NCBI GenBank assembly: GCA_963733675.1
Contig: CAVTET010000005.1
Coordinates: 281,908 to 345,907 of the forward strand
DNA: 64,000 bases
Direction: 5' to 3'
DNA from: an uncultured Methanosarcinaceae archaeon
Lineage (GTDB): Archaea; Halobacteriota; Methanosarcinia; Methanosarcinales; Methanosarcinaceae
In this document: piece by piece, positions 36,168-48,724 of the stretch
How positions within the stretch are numbered: the first letter of the stretch is position 1
Layout of the letters: every line of letters starts with the position of its first letter
The notes under the pieces: generated by a model
What the model saw: only the letters and a program-made list of their open reading frames with translations
The model's database searches: none
What the model was told of the DNA's origin: nothing
Translations under genes and position numbers: made by a program

Positions 36168-36355
36168 CTTTAAAGCTTATTCTTTCCTGATGTTTTCTTT
36201 TTATGCTTTTGGTTTAGTTAATTAGTTCCAAGTGTTCCAGGAGTTCCAGATGTTATATGAGTCCCAACAGCTCCATGAGTCAGAGATCGATAAAGTTTTC
36301 TTACTATTGATGACATTTAGGAAATCCAGAGATTTAATCACTAAAACTATGTATA
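36168..36355 (-). repeat. Dispersed EHL repeat, copy B
   Basis: Same core as copy A plus flanking gaaatccagagatttaatcactaaaac; ORF degenerate. Confidence 0.8.
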
Positions 36356-36469
36356 AAAAAGTAAAAGTGAGAATTTGGATAATTCTCAATTCTCAAAATT
36401 AGTCGTGAAATATTTGCGTATAGGATTACGTATTAGGGAGCGCTTTCATTCACTGCTCACTCTTTTACA

Positions 36470-36760
36470 TTAGGCGCCTTCTGGAGTACCTGGTGATCTG
36501 TGACGATATAATATATCAATGTCACCGGTATTAATACCACTTGGTTCGTCGGTAAATGCAGGTTCGCCACCTTCCCAATATGCAGGAACATCGGTGGTAA
36601 TGGTGTAACCTGGCTGATCGCTATCGTAGTAGGTATGATAGTTACTACCGGCATAGTATCCTTGTGCACTTGCTGCCACTGTTGTCAAAGGCAAAACAAA
36701 AAAGCCTATCAGCAAAACAGCGAGTACCTTCTTCATTCCACTAGATAATTGTTTCAACAT
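36470..36760 (-). CDS. Small secreted Tyr/Asp-rich protein P3 (shared-leader family)
   Basis: MLKQLSSGMKKVLAVLLIGFFVLPLTTVAASA|QGYYAGSNYHTYY...; AGGAGTGA RBS. Confidence 0.8.
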   Translation of the reverse strand: MLKQLSSGMKKVLAVLLIGFFVLPLTTVAASAQGYYAGSNYHTYYDSDQPGYTITTDVPAYWEGGEPAFTDEPSGINTGDIDILYRHRSPGTPEGA

Positions 36761-37079
36761 ATATCTCACTCCTTTTGTGATATCTACAACAAAATTTTTA
36801 GATTATGTTGTTGAATCATGTATATCTCTTAAAAGAGTTATTTTAAATTATTTATAAAAAATATAGTTTCTAAACAAAAAGTCTTTCCAAACCGAATATT
36901 TTAAGATTGAACAACAATTAAATATAAATCATGTATTATTATAATTTAGAAATAAATACTGTTTCATTGCTCATTTTTTCAAAAAAATCAAAATTTAGTG
37001 TAAGTTTATATTTATAGATAATTATATTATATATGTTATATACTTCCATATCTCAAACCGTGAAGGATCATAATCTACG

Positions 37080-37115
37080 ATACATAGATTTAATCACAAA
37101 ACCTCTGTATCAATG
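37080..37115 (-). repeat. Partial EHL-repeat flank motif
   Basis: catagatttaatcacaaaacctctgtatca matches motifs at 29901, 36321 and 37908. Confidence 0.55.
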
Positions 37116-37309
37116 AACCCTGGATTTATTATATGATCATAAAAAGAAGTCGATTTAGTCCTAAAAAAGAGATAAATTAAAGGTCTTACTCTTATAAAGT
37201 ATCTATCGTGATTTTTTATACAACTCGGTGTAGGATTACATAAATAGTAAGACCCATAGCTACATTTTAGTTACATTTTTCAATTTGTGCAGTTTTGTTA
37301 TTATTACCA

Positions 37310-37565
37310 TTAACAGATCCATTCCCATTCTTGGTAGTCAGGGTTCCACGCCCAACAGTCATCATGATGATGGTGATGCCAATGATCGTGATCGTCGTGG
37401 TCATGATGGTTCCAATGGTCGTGGTCATTATGATTCCAGGTCGTGGTCATTATGGCCCCAATTGTCGTGGTCATGATATGGTTCAGCGCTTGACGCTGCT
37501 ACAGTAAATGATACTACAAATAGAACTGCCAGCAAAATAGTCAGTAACTTTTTAACTCTGCTCAT
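37310..37565 (-). pseudogene. Secreted His/Asp/Trp-rich peptide P4 (shared-leader family), 2-bp frameshift near 37440
   Basis: AGGAG RBS; MSRVKKLLTILLAVLFVVSFTVAASSA|EPYHDHDNWGHNDHD/WNHNDHDHWNHHDHDDHDHWHHHHHDDCWAWNPDYQEWEWIC*; 24-bp internal repeats. Confidence 0.8.
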
Positions 37566-37769
37566 TGAAGTTTATCTCCTTTCTTAATGATTAATTTTAT
37601 TGTTTTTCGAGACTTATTTACTTTTAAACTATTTACATATTTTGATATTTTAGATGTCAGTTTTCTCGTATAGCTTAGCCATTATAAGAAATATTCAAGA
37701 AGAAATCAAAAAAGAGCTTGATATCTTCGACACTATCTATATTTTAGTTTTGTTTAGATTACTATCTCA

Positions 37770-37945
37770 TTATTTTTTTCTGACATTTTTTATTTATGCT
37801 TGTGGTTTCGTTTAATTAGTTCCAAGTGTTCCCTGAGCTCCATCTGTTCTATAAGCTCCATGAGTCATAGATCAATAACCTTTTCTCATTTCGTGTAGAA
37901 CTTGGGAAATGCATAGATTTTACTACAAAAAACTCTGCATCATTG
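37770..37945 (-). repeat. Dispersed EHL repeat, copy C
   Basis: Reads MELIEQMELREHLELIKRNHKHK*; lacks one 9-bp unit relative to copy A. Confidence 0.8.
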
Positions 37946-37965
37946 GAAAGGATAAAAAAGGAACA

Positions 37966-38310
37966 TTATTTTTCGAAATTTCTTATTTTCGTAGGTCTTG
38001 CTAGCTTATAATCTACCTTCGTAAGCTTATCACAAATATCTTCCCGCCTGCCATTGTATCCTTTGCTGTACTTCTCCACCTTCGCTCTGAATTCTACAAG
38101 ATCACCGGGTTTTAAATCGGCCTGCTTAAAGCCTTTGGTCATATTGAACCATAGATGATCAGTAACTATCTGTCCGGGCTAATCTTTTACGTCTTTCAAT
38201 AAGACTGTAACACTATTGCCTTTATAATTGGATTTGATACCCGTTCTGACAAATTCCCCAGTATAAAGATCGCTCGTTCCTTCATTGGCTCCTAATGCTT
38301 TACGAGCTTG
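37966..38310 (-). pseudogene. Phage-like hypothetical protein with an in-frame TAG (38179-38181)
   Basis: RKALGAN...YTGEFVRTGIKSNYKG...VLLKDVKD*PGQIVTDHLWFNMTKGF...GDLVEFRAKVEKYSKGY...DYKLARPTKI*. Confidence 0.6.
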
Positions 38311-38325
38311 ATTTTTCTATTTGCA

Positions 38326-38450
38326 ATGGTTGTTTGGGCTAATTAATTTCAAGTGTTGCAGGAGCCCCAGATGTTCTATGAGTTCCATAAGCTCCAAGAG
38401 TAATAGATTATCAATGCTTCCTTATTACTGATGGAACTTAGGAAATTGAT
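38326..38450 (-). repeat. Dispersed EHL repeat, copy D
   Basis: Reads LELMELIEHLGLLQHLKLI...; flank gatggaacttaggaaat shared with other copies. Confidence 0.75.
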
Positions 38451-38548
38451 ATTTTGACATATTTTATTTTCATTGTGTATATGTTAGCAGTATACTTGGC
38501 TGTGTCTGATATACAGGATGATCAATGAATTACATCAAATTGTTCGCT

Positions 38549-39259
38549 TTAGAATTGTTCATCTGGGAATTGTCCACCTGGGATTCCGTTTAGGTATTGT
38601 TCACCTGGGAACAATCCACCTTGGAATCTTCCGCCTTGATTTTGTTTACTTGGGTATTGTCCGTTTTGGTTTTGTCCACTAGTGTATTGTCCGTTTTGGT
38701 TTTGTTCACCCGAGTATTTTTGGGTTTTATGTTGTCCAGTTAGCATGGGTTTATTTTTACCCTGCTGAATAAGAGCTCGATCAATAATTCTTTCAAACCT
38801 GTTTTTATTTCCAGCGTTTAATCCAATAATCCTGGCTTGTGACCTATCTAAAGTATTATTTCCATCGTCATTTATGTAAACGTATTTTCCGTCTTTTGTA
38901 CCAACAATCACGAAAGCATCAGGAAGGTTGTACCCACCAAAATATTTTGCAAGTTCTGGACTCTGATATATATCAATAGACGCGATTGTAGCTTTCCCTT
39001 TGTATTCTACCGCGAGTTTTTCAAGAATAGGCTTCGTTTGTTGGCATGGTTTACAAGACTGAGCTTTCATCTCTACAAAAACCGGTCCTTTATGCAGAAA
39101 TGTGTTTATCTGCTCAAGCTGAGTTATTTCCACAACACTGTCGTGATCATACATACCATCGTAAGCATTTACTGCCATTGCTGTTACTGATGTTACTACA
39201 AAGATCATCAGTAAAATGCATAGTATTTTTTTTGTTTTGTTAAAGATTTGTTTATCCAT
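38549..39259 (-). CDS. Secreted thioredoxin-fold protein (CKPC) with Gln/Gly-rich C-terminal repeats
   Basis: Leader MDKQIFNKTKKILCILLMIFVVTSVTAMAVNA; SCKPCQQTKPILEKLA; QNQNGQY tandem repeats. Confidence 0.85.
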   Translation of the reverse strand: MDKQIFNKTKKILCILLMIFVVTSVTAMAVNAYDGMYDHDSVVEITQLEQINTFLHKGPVFVEMKAQSCKPCQQTKPILEKLAVEYKGKATIASIDIYQSPELAKYFGGYNLPDAFVIVGTKDGKYVYINDDGNNTLDRSQARIIGLNAGNKNRFERIIDRALIQQGKNKPMLTGQHKTQKYSGEQNQNGQYTSGQNQNGQYPSKQNQGGRFQGGLFPGEQYLNGIPGGQFPDEQF

Positions 39260-39636
39260 TGTGTACACTTTAAACTTTTTAGCTTCCTTACTTAATAAAC
39301 TTTTTTATTAGTTTTCGTCTTAAAATATGTTCTTTTCTTTTCGATATACAACCACAACCCGCATTTGTTCAGCATTCCACAGCACTTTTGAGTTCTTCTA
39401 TTTGTCTATTTTTTGATAATATTATATGTATCATTTAGGGACAAGATTCCGAAATATGTAACTCGAAGAGATTAAATGATATATTGAGTTTGTTTTGACT
39501 ACCTTTATAATAATCGCACCGAAATATAACTATTTGCAAATGATTATATTATCATGCGCTTGATAGTATATCTTTTTTAATAAAATAATGGCTAATAAGT
39601 CACTTTTAATTGAAAAAATACTGAGAAGGAATTTAT

Positions 39637-40273
39637 TTGTCATTAAAAGATACAACACCTAAAGAACTTGACTTTCTTGTAAAAAAAGCTTTGGAACTAG
39701 AAGCTATTGATGCAAAAATAATTCCAATTTGTAAAATCTTTGTAGAGAGAAGAGTGATTTTGAAATGCAGAGGTTGTTTAGGATACGGGAAAAAACTTAC
39801 CTGTCCACCCCACGTTCCTACTGTTGATAAATTTCGGGAGACACTCAAGGAATATAGGTATGCGTTACTTGTTAAATTCATGTCTTCTGCAATTGCAGAT
39901 GAAGAGATTGCCCAAGCTCCATACAGAACCCCGGCTTGATCCCGCAATGCCTGAGGAAATAAGAGAAAAGGCAGCAAAGTTCTGGGCAGATCATTATGAT
40001 CACAGCGATAAAATAATGCTCTCAATGCTCGAGCTTGAAAAGACAGTTTTCAATGAAGGTTACACCTTTGCAATCGCATTTGTGAACGGTGCCTGCAGGC
40101 TATGTGAAAAATGCAATGTAGACAAAGGAATCTGTCTTCACTCGAATATGGCAAGAATCCCAGAACATGGAGTTGGGATCAACATGAAGAAAACCGCTGC
40201 AGAATCAGATATGCCTATAGTGTTTCCTATCAAAGAAAAACCTGAATCAATGGCTATTCTATTGATTGACTAA
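39637..40273 (+). pseudogene. DUF2284-like Cys-rich metal-binding protein, frameshifted near 39935
   Basis: LKCRGCLGYGKKLTCPP in the first frame; GACRLCEKC...CLH...RIPEHGVGI in the second. Confidence 0.8.
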
Positions 40274-40448
40274 AACTATCAATTATAACTAAATATTAAT
40301 TGGGTATTAACTAATTTTAATTTAGGACTTACACAATTGAGATGTAAAATTAAGTACAATAAACAATATGGTTTAATGTTATTGATTTTTCATCTCACCG
40401 AGTAATTTCTACTGATGATAAATTCAATTTCTTTGATATATGGTCTAA

Positions 40449-40598
40449 TCATTCTTCTGTATGCGCTACAGAAGCAGCAAATGCTTTTCCACATTCGATG
40501 CAAACAAGATCTTTCTGTGGCACAGAACATGTGTTAGTTGCTTCACAGTGTGGGCATTTACATTTCCATTCTGAAGGATACCAAATTGTTTCTTCCAT
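40449..40598 (-). CDS. 49-aa zinc-ribbon micro-protein
   Basis: MEETIWYPSEWKCKCPHCEATNTCSVPQKDLVCIECGKAFAASVAHTEE* (CPxC...CxxCG); not in the ORF track. Confidence 0.7.
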   Translation of the reverse strand: MEETIWYPSEWKCKCPHCEATNTCSVPQKDLVCIECGKAFAASVAHTEE

Positions 40599-41465
40599 AA
40601 TCTCAATTCCTAGTTAGTGCGAGATGTGATTTGAACGCAAAATTCAATGGCTTAGTGCGGTAAAGGACTTGCTCTGAATAAATTAAATAATTACTTAATT
40701 ATTATTTATTTTTATCCTTCGCGAAATAAATATAGCAGCTTTTAGGCTTTCCTACATCTCATCTATCACAGTCTGCATTATTTGCCCCTTTCCTGCCATG
40801 GAATGTTCTTTACACGTATTTTAAGATCTCTTGATATTTCAGACTATATAGTCTGGTTAAAATTTTATTTTAAATATTTATCATATTGATTATAATATTG
40901 GAAGAGTTGTTTCTACTATTTGCCTAAATATAGTCACTTCGCATTTATCTTGTTCAAGGTAGATTTAATTCGAAATAAGCCCAACATCTTCCAAGTAATT
41001 CTTTCTCCACATACCTACCGGTTGCTTCCCAATCCTTTTGATTTGTAGCATCTACTTGTGTCTACACTACAATATACAATTCTCTCCGTAGTTATTTTAA
41101 ATTAATTATATGAAAAATAGCTTCTGACAGAAAAATAATGCCTGACAATATTTTTCACAATCAAAAAACAATTTGATATTTATAATGATTTTTATAGTTT
41201 TAAAATATTTTATTCGAAAGTAAATTTTATTTAAAAACTATTTTTATGTCATTAATTAAAAATAACATATGGAAGTAATAAACGTCTAGTTGCAATGAAT
41301 TGCTTATATAAGCATTATAAGCAATTTGTTGAAATCGGTGGTTTATTGAAATCCTCCTTAATCTAAATTTCAATGAATAATAATGGGCACTTGGGCAAAT
41401 GAATTCTACAAGTGTGTACATCTACGGAATATAGAGTATATGGTCTATTTACAGTGGGTTAAAAA

Positions 41466-43889
<2,424 letters not shown>

Positions 43890-44063
43890 CAACGGCCCTA
43901 TTACCGACTTTCTGCAGATGTACAAAAAAATGCTATCTGTTGTCCAAACATAGCAATAGCTTAAAAAATAATCTAACTTTTATTAATACGACATTTATGC
44001 ATCAACTTGTTGTGAAAGAAAAAGTTCAGCTTGTTGTAAACCTAGAGAGCGGAGTCGCAAATC

Positions 44064-45116
44064 ATGAGCATTAACAACAGTCCAGTACCAGCCAGAATCT
44101 TACTATATATTACTCTTGTTGTTATTTTGACTGTAGGAATGAGGGAGATCGCTACCATACTTACAACAATTCTTTTTTCTATCTTTGCTGCGATGATTTT
44201 TACCCCTCATATCCGCTGGCTCAAACGAAAGGGGATTCCTGGTGGACTGAGTGTCCTTCTAGTGATTTTTTTATTTACTATTATTGTCACAGTCTTAGGA
44301 GTAGTGGTTTTTGGAGCCGCAATCCAATTTGAGAACCAGATCCCAATATATCAAACTCGGTTGATGGAGTTTATAGATGTTCTCACACATTATATTCCCT
44401 CACAAGAAGAGCTTTCTGCGAATTCTATTTTACGTGGTATTGCATCAACTATGATCTCTCTGATGTCGAATATCATTCAGGGGCTCTTGAATGCTTGGAC
44501 AACAGCTGGAATTATAATCCTTACGACAGCATTCTTGTTAATAGATGCCGCCAATACTCCTGAGAAAATAAATTCAGAACTTAAAAAGGAATCCAAACTC
44601 CAAATGAGGATGAATAAGTTTGACAAGAATCTAATAGGGTTTTTGATCATAAGAACAGAAACAAATTTTATCACAGCCGTCGGAATTGTCATCTTTTTCC
44701 TTCTCGGAGGTATCGACTTTGCGATTCTCTGGGGTGTTCTTATATTCCTACTTAGCTATATCCCTTTCATTGGTCTTTTTCTAGCTTCTATTCCGCCTGC
44801 AATGCTTGCGCTTTTCAAGTATGGACCTGTAGGTGTTCTTGCTGTTATTGTCATTATCTTGGTTATCAATATGCTTGCAGAAAATGTCATATTTCCTTCA
44901 CTTGCAGGAAAAGGCCTGAAATTATCTCCCGGCATCTTATTTCTTTCTCTTATTTATTGAAATTATGTGCTTGGAACTGCAGGTGCGCTGCTTTTCATAC
45001 CGCTCACAGTGATTTTGAAGATTGTACTTGAGAGTTTTGATGAAACAAAATGGCTGGCTAGATTTATGGATCCTACTGCAGACATAGATGATAGTGAAAA
45101 AAACGGAGAGCAATGA
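44064..45116 (+). pseudogene. AI-2E (UPF0118) family transporter with an in-frame TGA at 44958-44960
   Basis: SYIPFIG, ENVIFP, LIY*NYVLGTAGALLFIPLT; the frame continues to TGA 45116. Confidence 0.85.
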
Positions 45117-45286
45117 GAAAATAACATGCTGAACATATAACTGCATAAGTCCCAATCCATTTGTATTTTTGTAGCTATTTTTCATCACTAATATCTAAAT
45201 CAAAATCAATAGGCTGGAAAATTAAAAAAGCGATATATGATAAAGCGAGTAGTAGGCACATCTTTATAATATTTTTTTGGGTTATA

Positions 45287-45830
45287 ATGCTGGTGTTTTT
45301 GATCCTAGTGAGTGTCTTTGTCACTGCACAATCTACAAATGTTTGGTTCCATAAAGGAAGCGAGCTAATGAGCTCAGAAAAGTACAATGAAGCCATAAAA
45401 GCATATAACAAAGCAATTAAAATTGATCCGCAGGATTCAACAGATTGGTATAAAAAAGGACTTGCTTTATTTGAATCAAATAAATACAATGAAGCAATAA
45501 AAGCATTTGACAAAGCAATTGAGCTTAACCCGCAATATTCAGATGCTTGGATAAACAAAGGACGTGCTCTAGAGCATTTAAATAAGTCAGATGAAGCCTA
45601 AAAGCATATGACAAAGCAATTAAAATTAACCAGCAGGATTCGAGGGCTTGGTACTTTAAAGAAAATGCTCTATATAAATTACATGAATACAATGAGGCAA
45701 AAAAAAGCACACAACAAAGTGATTGAAATTAACTCGCTAAAATTAAAAGCTTGGCACAATAAAAGTACTTTATCTAAATAAAATAAATTTGATAATAGAT
45801 GCTTGGTACAATAAAGGAACTTTTTCTAAA
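45287..45830 (+). pseudogene. Secreted TPR protein, degenerate
   Basis: YNEAIKAYNKAIKIDP repeats; TAA at 45599-45601, then further TPR-like sequence. Confidence 0.75.
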
Positions 45831-46057
45831 TAGATTAAATAAATTCGATTTTATATTTTTGTGGCGAAAAGAAGAGTAGAGCAAAAAACTTAATATTATA
45901 TGTCAAATTCAGAAAATTGCAGCTCTTTCATAAAATTTCAGTTAAGTTTTGCAGGATCACAAAAAAAATTACATAGTCATTATTTTACTGAGGAAATATT
46001 ATTTAATTTTCAAGTAATTATTAACGAAAGCTGTAAACAATATAGGTATTTATGGTA

Positions 46058-46385
46058 GTAGGAGCTGAACCAAAGTATTCTCCTTCAAAAGTCATGCAAA
46101 TTATAAAAAGTATTATAGCAAGCCAAATCTTTAAACAATACCCTGAAATCAAAAAACAGCTTTAGGGTGGTGAACTGTGGAGTGATGGAGGTTACATTGG
46201 AACTATAGAAGATGGAACAACTTCAGATGTTATCAAAAACTATGTTGAAAATCAGGAAAACAGGGAAGAAAAAGGAGCATATCAGCAAATGAACATACTC
46301 GATTTTTAATAGGCATTACAACCAGAGCGGTGGCGCGAACATACCCAGTTGCTTGCAGCGGGGTGCGCCAGCACAACTTTGATTT
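46058..46385 (+). mobile_element. IS200-family 3' fragment with right-end hairpin
   Basis: Near-identical to 49021-49300; end sequence gcgcgaacatacccagttgcttgcagcggggtgcgc. Confidence 0.85.
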
Positions 46386-46733
46386 TATCCGGAAAAATCT
46401 GACGCTTCTGGATTTCATTCAATTGGCGCATTAAAATCTCAATAGTTGAGCAAACAGTATAAATAAGTACATTTCTTATATATGCTAGTGATGCATAAAA
46501 GAAGAAGTACAAGCCTGGGTACGAAACATAATAAGCTACTGAAAATGAACTGTATGATTTTCGATTATTGATATAACTATGAAATACTTTAAGCTACCTT
46601 GATTTATCTCAAAATGTCATTAATACTACCATTATGCCCCAGTAGACTTCATACCACATCGCAACAAAATCCAGTTATGTGGGTTGTAAAACATTGAAAA
46701 TGCTTTTAATGTGCAATACATGGAGGTGAGACT

Positions 46734-48089
46734 TTGGAAAAAATTATTGTTGATAATTCCGTACTTTTTTCAAGTGTTTCGCAGAACGATCAGATCTCTG
46801 CCATATATGGAGATATCTCAGAATTGACTGAGTTACTTATTATATATTTCAAGCAAGGAATTGAAACAGGAGAGTACTGCTTGTGGATTTCCCCGGATGA
46901 ATTATTTGCTGAAGAAACAAAGAACGAACTCAAAAAATCAGGAATAGATGTTGAACGGTTTATCAACTCTTCTCAATTGGAAATTTTGCCAGCTGAATCA
47001 CTCAACAAAAATATTATCACATTAGAATCAAGGATAACAGAACTTGTAGAAAAAGGGTATGAAAAAGTCCTTTCCAAAGATTTTACAGGATTCAGAACAA
47101 ATTTTGATTTCAAAAATTTAGGAATTAATATTGAAAATTACTTTGAAATATATGGAAAAGCTGTTAAAAATATTGCTTTCAATAATAGCAAAAATCTAAC
47201 ATTTCTCTATACATTCCCGCTTGATGAACTTTCAGGTATTACATTGCTTGAGCTAATGGAAGAAAACAGCATCGTTGTTAAAAGAAAGGGAAAATGGAAA
47301 TATTTAAAAAATTTGGAACTACAAACGGAATTTAAAAAAAATTTTATCAAGGAGAAAAACGATTCTGAATTTTTGAACAGAGTCAAGAATGAGTTTATTA
47401 TGAACCTCAGTCATGAACTTAGGACCCCCCTAAACTCAGTGATAGGTTTTTCCGATCTACTCCTCGAAGGGGCTTTTGGATCCCTGAACACAAGACAATC
47501 AAAATATGTGAATAATATCCTCATAAGTGGGAAAAACCTTCTGGAAATCATCAACAATCTGCTTGACATATTAAAGCTCGAAGCCGGTGATAGAAGTCTC
47601 AATTATGAGATCGTAGATATTGCCAGCCTCTTAACAGATATCAGAATGAATCTTCTTTCTTCTGCTTCAAACAAAAAAATTGTTCTAGAACTGAAAATTG
47701 ATGCTTCGAGTGAGAATATCCGGGCCGATAGGACAAAATTGAGACAGATTCTGTACAATTTGATAAGCAATGCTATAAGATTCACTCCCCAGAAAGGGAA
47801 AGTTTCTGTGAGTGCCTTCAAAATGGAGAATATGCTTAAAATTATAGTCTCGGATACTGGAGAAGGAATGTTTCAAAAATATTACGAAAAAATGTTCATG
47901 CCCTCTACCCAGATAAATCCTTCCACATCCCTAGGATACCTCGAAGCTGGAGTGGGACTTTATATAGTCAAAAATTTCATAGACCTTCACAGAGGAACAA
48001 TTTGGGTGGACTATAGAGAAGGAAAAGGTGGCACATTTACCTTCGCTCTTCCGATAGATTATGCCGAAAGCTCACTCCCCAGAAAGTGA
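46734..48089 (+). CDS. Sensor histidine kinase with N-terminal MEDS domain
   Basis: YFKQGIETGEYCLWI (MEDS-like); SHELRTPL H-box, NLISNA, DTGEG; G2 box degenerate. Confidence 0.9.
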   Translation: MEKIIVDNSVLFSSVSQNDQISAIYGDISELTELLIIYFKQGIETGEYCLWISPDELFAEETKNELKKSGIDVERFINSSQLEILPAESLNKNIITLESRITELVEKGYEKVLSKDFTGFRTNFDFKNLGINIENYFEIYGKAVKNIAFNNSKNLTFLYTFPLDELSGITLLELMEENSIVVKRKGKWKYLKNLELQTEFKKNFIKEKNDSEFLNRVKNEFIMNLSHELRTPLNSVIGFSDLLLEGAFGSLNTRQSKYVNNILISGKNLLEIINNLLDILKLEAGDRSLNYEIVDIASLLTDIRMNLLSSASNKKIVLELKIDASSENIRADRTKLRQILYNLISNAIRFTPQKGKVSVSAFKMENMLKIIVSDTGEGMFQKYYEKMFMPSTQINPSTSLGYLEAGVGLYIVKNFIDLHRGTIWVDYREGKGGTFTFALPIDYAESSLPRK

Positions 48090-48269
48090 GTCAAAAAGAA
48101 AAAATTATTTCCTTAAATACCACTTTCCATAGATGTGTAATAAAAATGCCGAAATTTCTTTCGATATGGAAGTAGCTTAAAAATTAATCTAACTTCTAAC
48201 GGATAATAGTAAGCAAATAGGCAAACGAATTTTGAGTCTGTGTAAATTTGCGGAATGTTGTATGGATTA

Positions 48270-48670
48270 AAGTCAAGCGCTGACCAGATCAGAGAGATGA
48301 TCAGTGAAGCATATTATGAAGTAATTAACCAGATACGAAAAAATTTTGATAATTAGTTGTAAAGAAATCACCTCAGTTGAGGAGCTTGAAAGGATCAGGA
48401 TGTCTGCTATGGCGAAATTTCTGAAGATTTCCCAAAAGGCATAATTCAGAAGAGATATGGGACAGGCGAGCTACCATGGATGCCTTTTGGTGACAAAGAG
48501 TTTGATTTAGCACTGTGCTATCATTTGCTTTTTCTCTATACGGATAACTTGTCAATGTAGTTTCTTCTGAGATTGCTAGAAGAGTTTTACAGGGTTTCAA
48601 ATAATGTCAGGATATTTCAACTCATGGATGTAAATGTTAGACGATCGCCATACTTTGACTCATTGAACGA
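48270..48670 (+). pseudogene. SAM-dependent methyltransferase remnant
   Basis: Fragments RMSAMAKF..DFPKG, GELPWMPFGDKEFDLAL, HLLFLYTDNLS, VRIF in broken frames. Confidence 0.55.
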
Positions 48671-48724
48671 TTTTTTTTAAGGACTGTCACTTTCTGAATT
48701 AACTGTATACGAGTCGTTTATTTC

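Noticed and set aside
37285-37507. Plus-strand Met/Val-rich and Asp/Gly-rich ORFs
   Set aside because: Antisense shadows of the His/Asp repeat gene, which has the RBS and family leader on the minus strand.
29901-38450. A classical integron
   Set aside because: No intact integron integrase and no attC-type GTTRRRY/RYYYAAC hairpins identified; kept only as a layout analogy in the findings.
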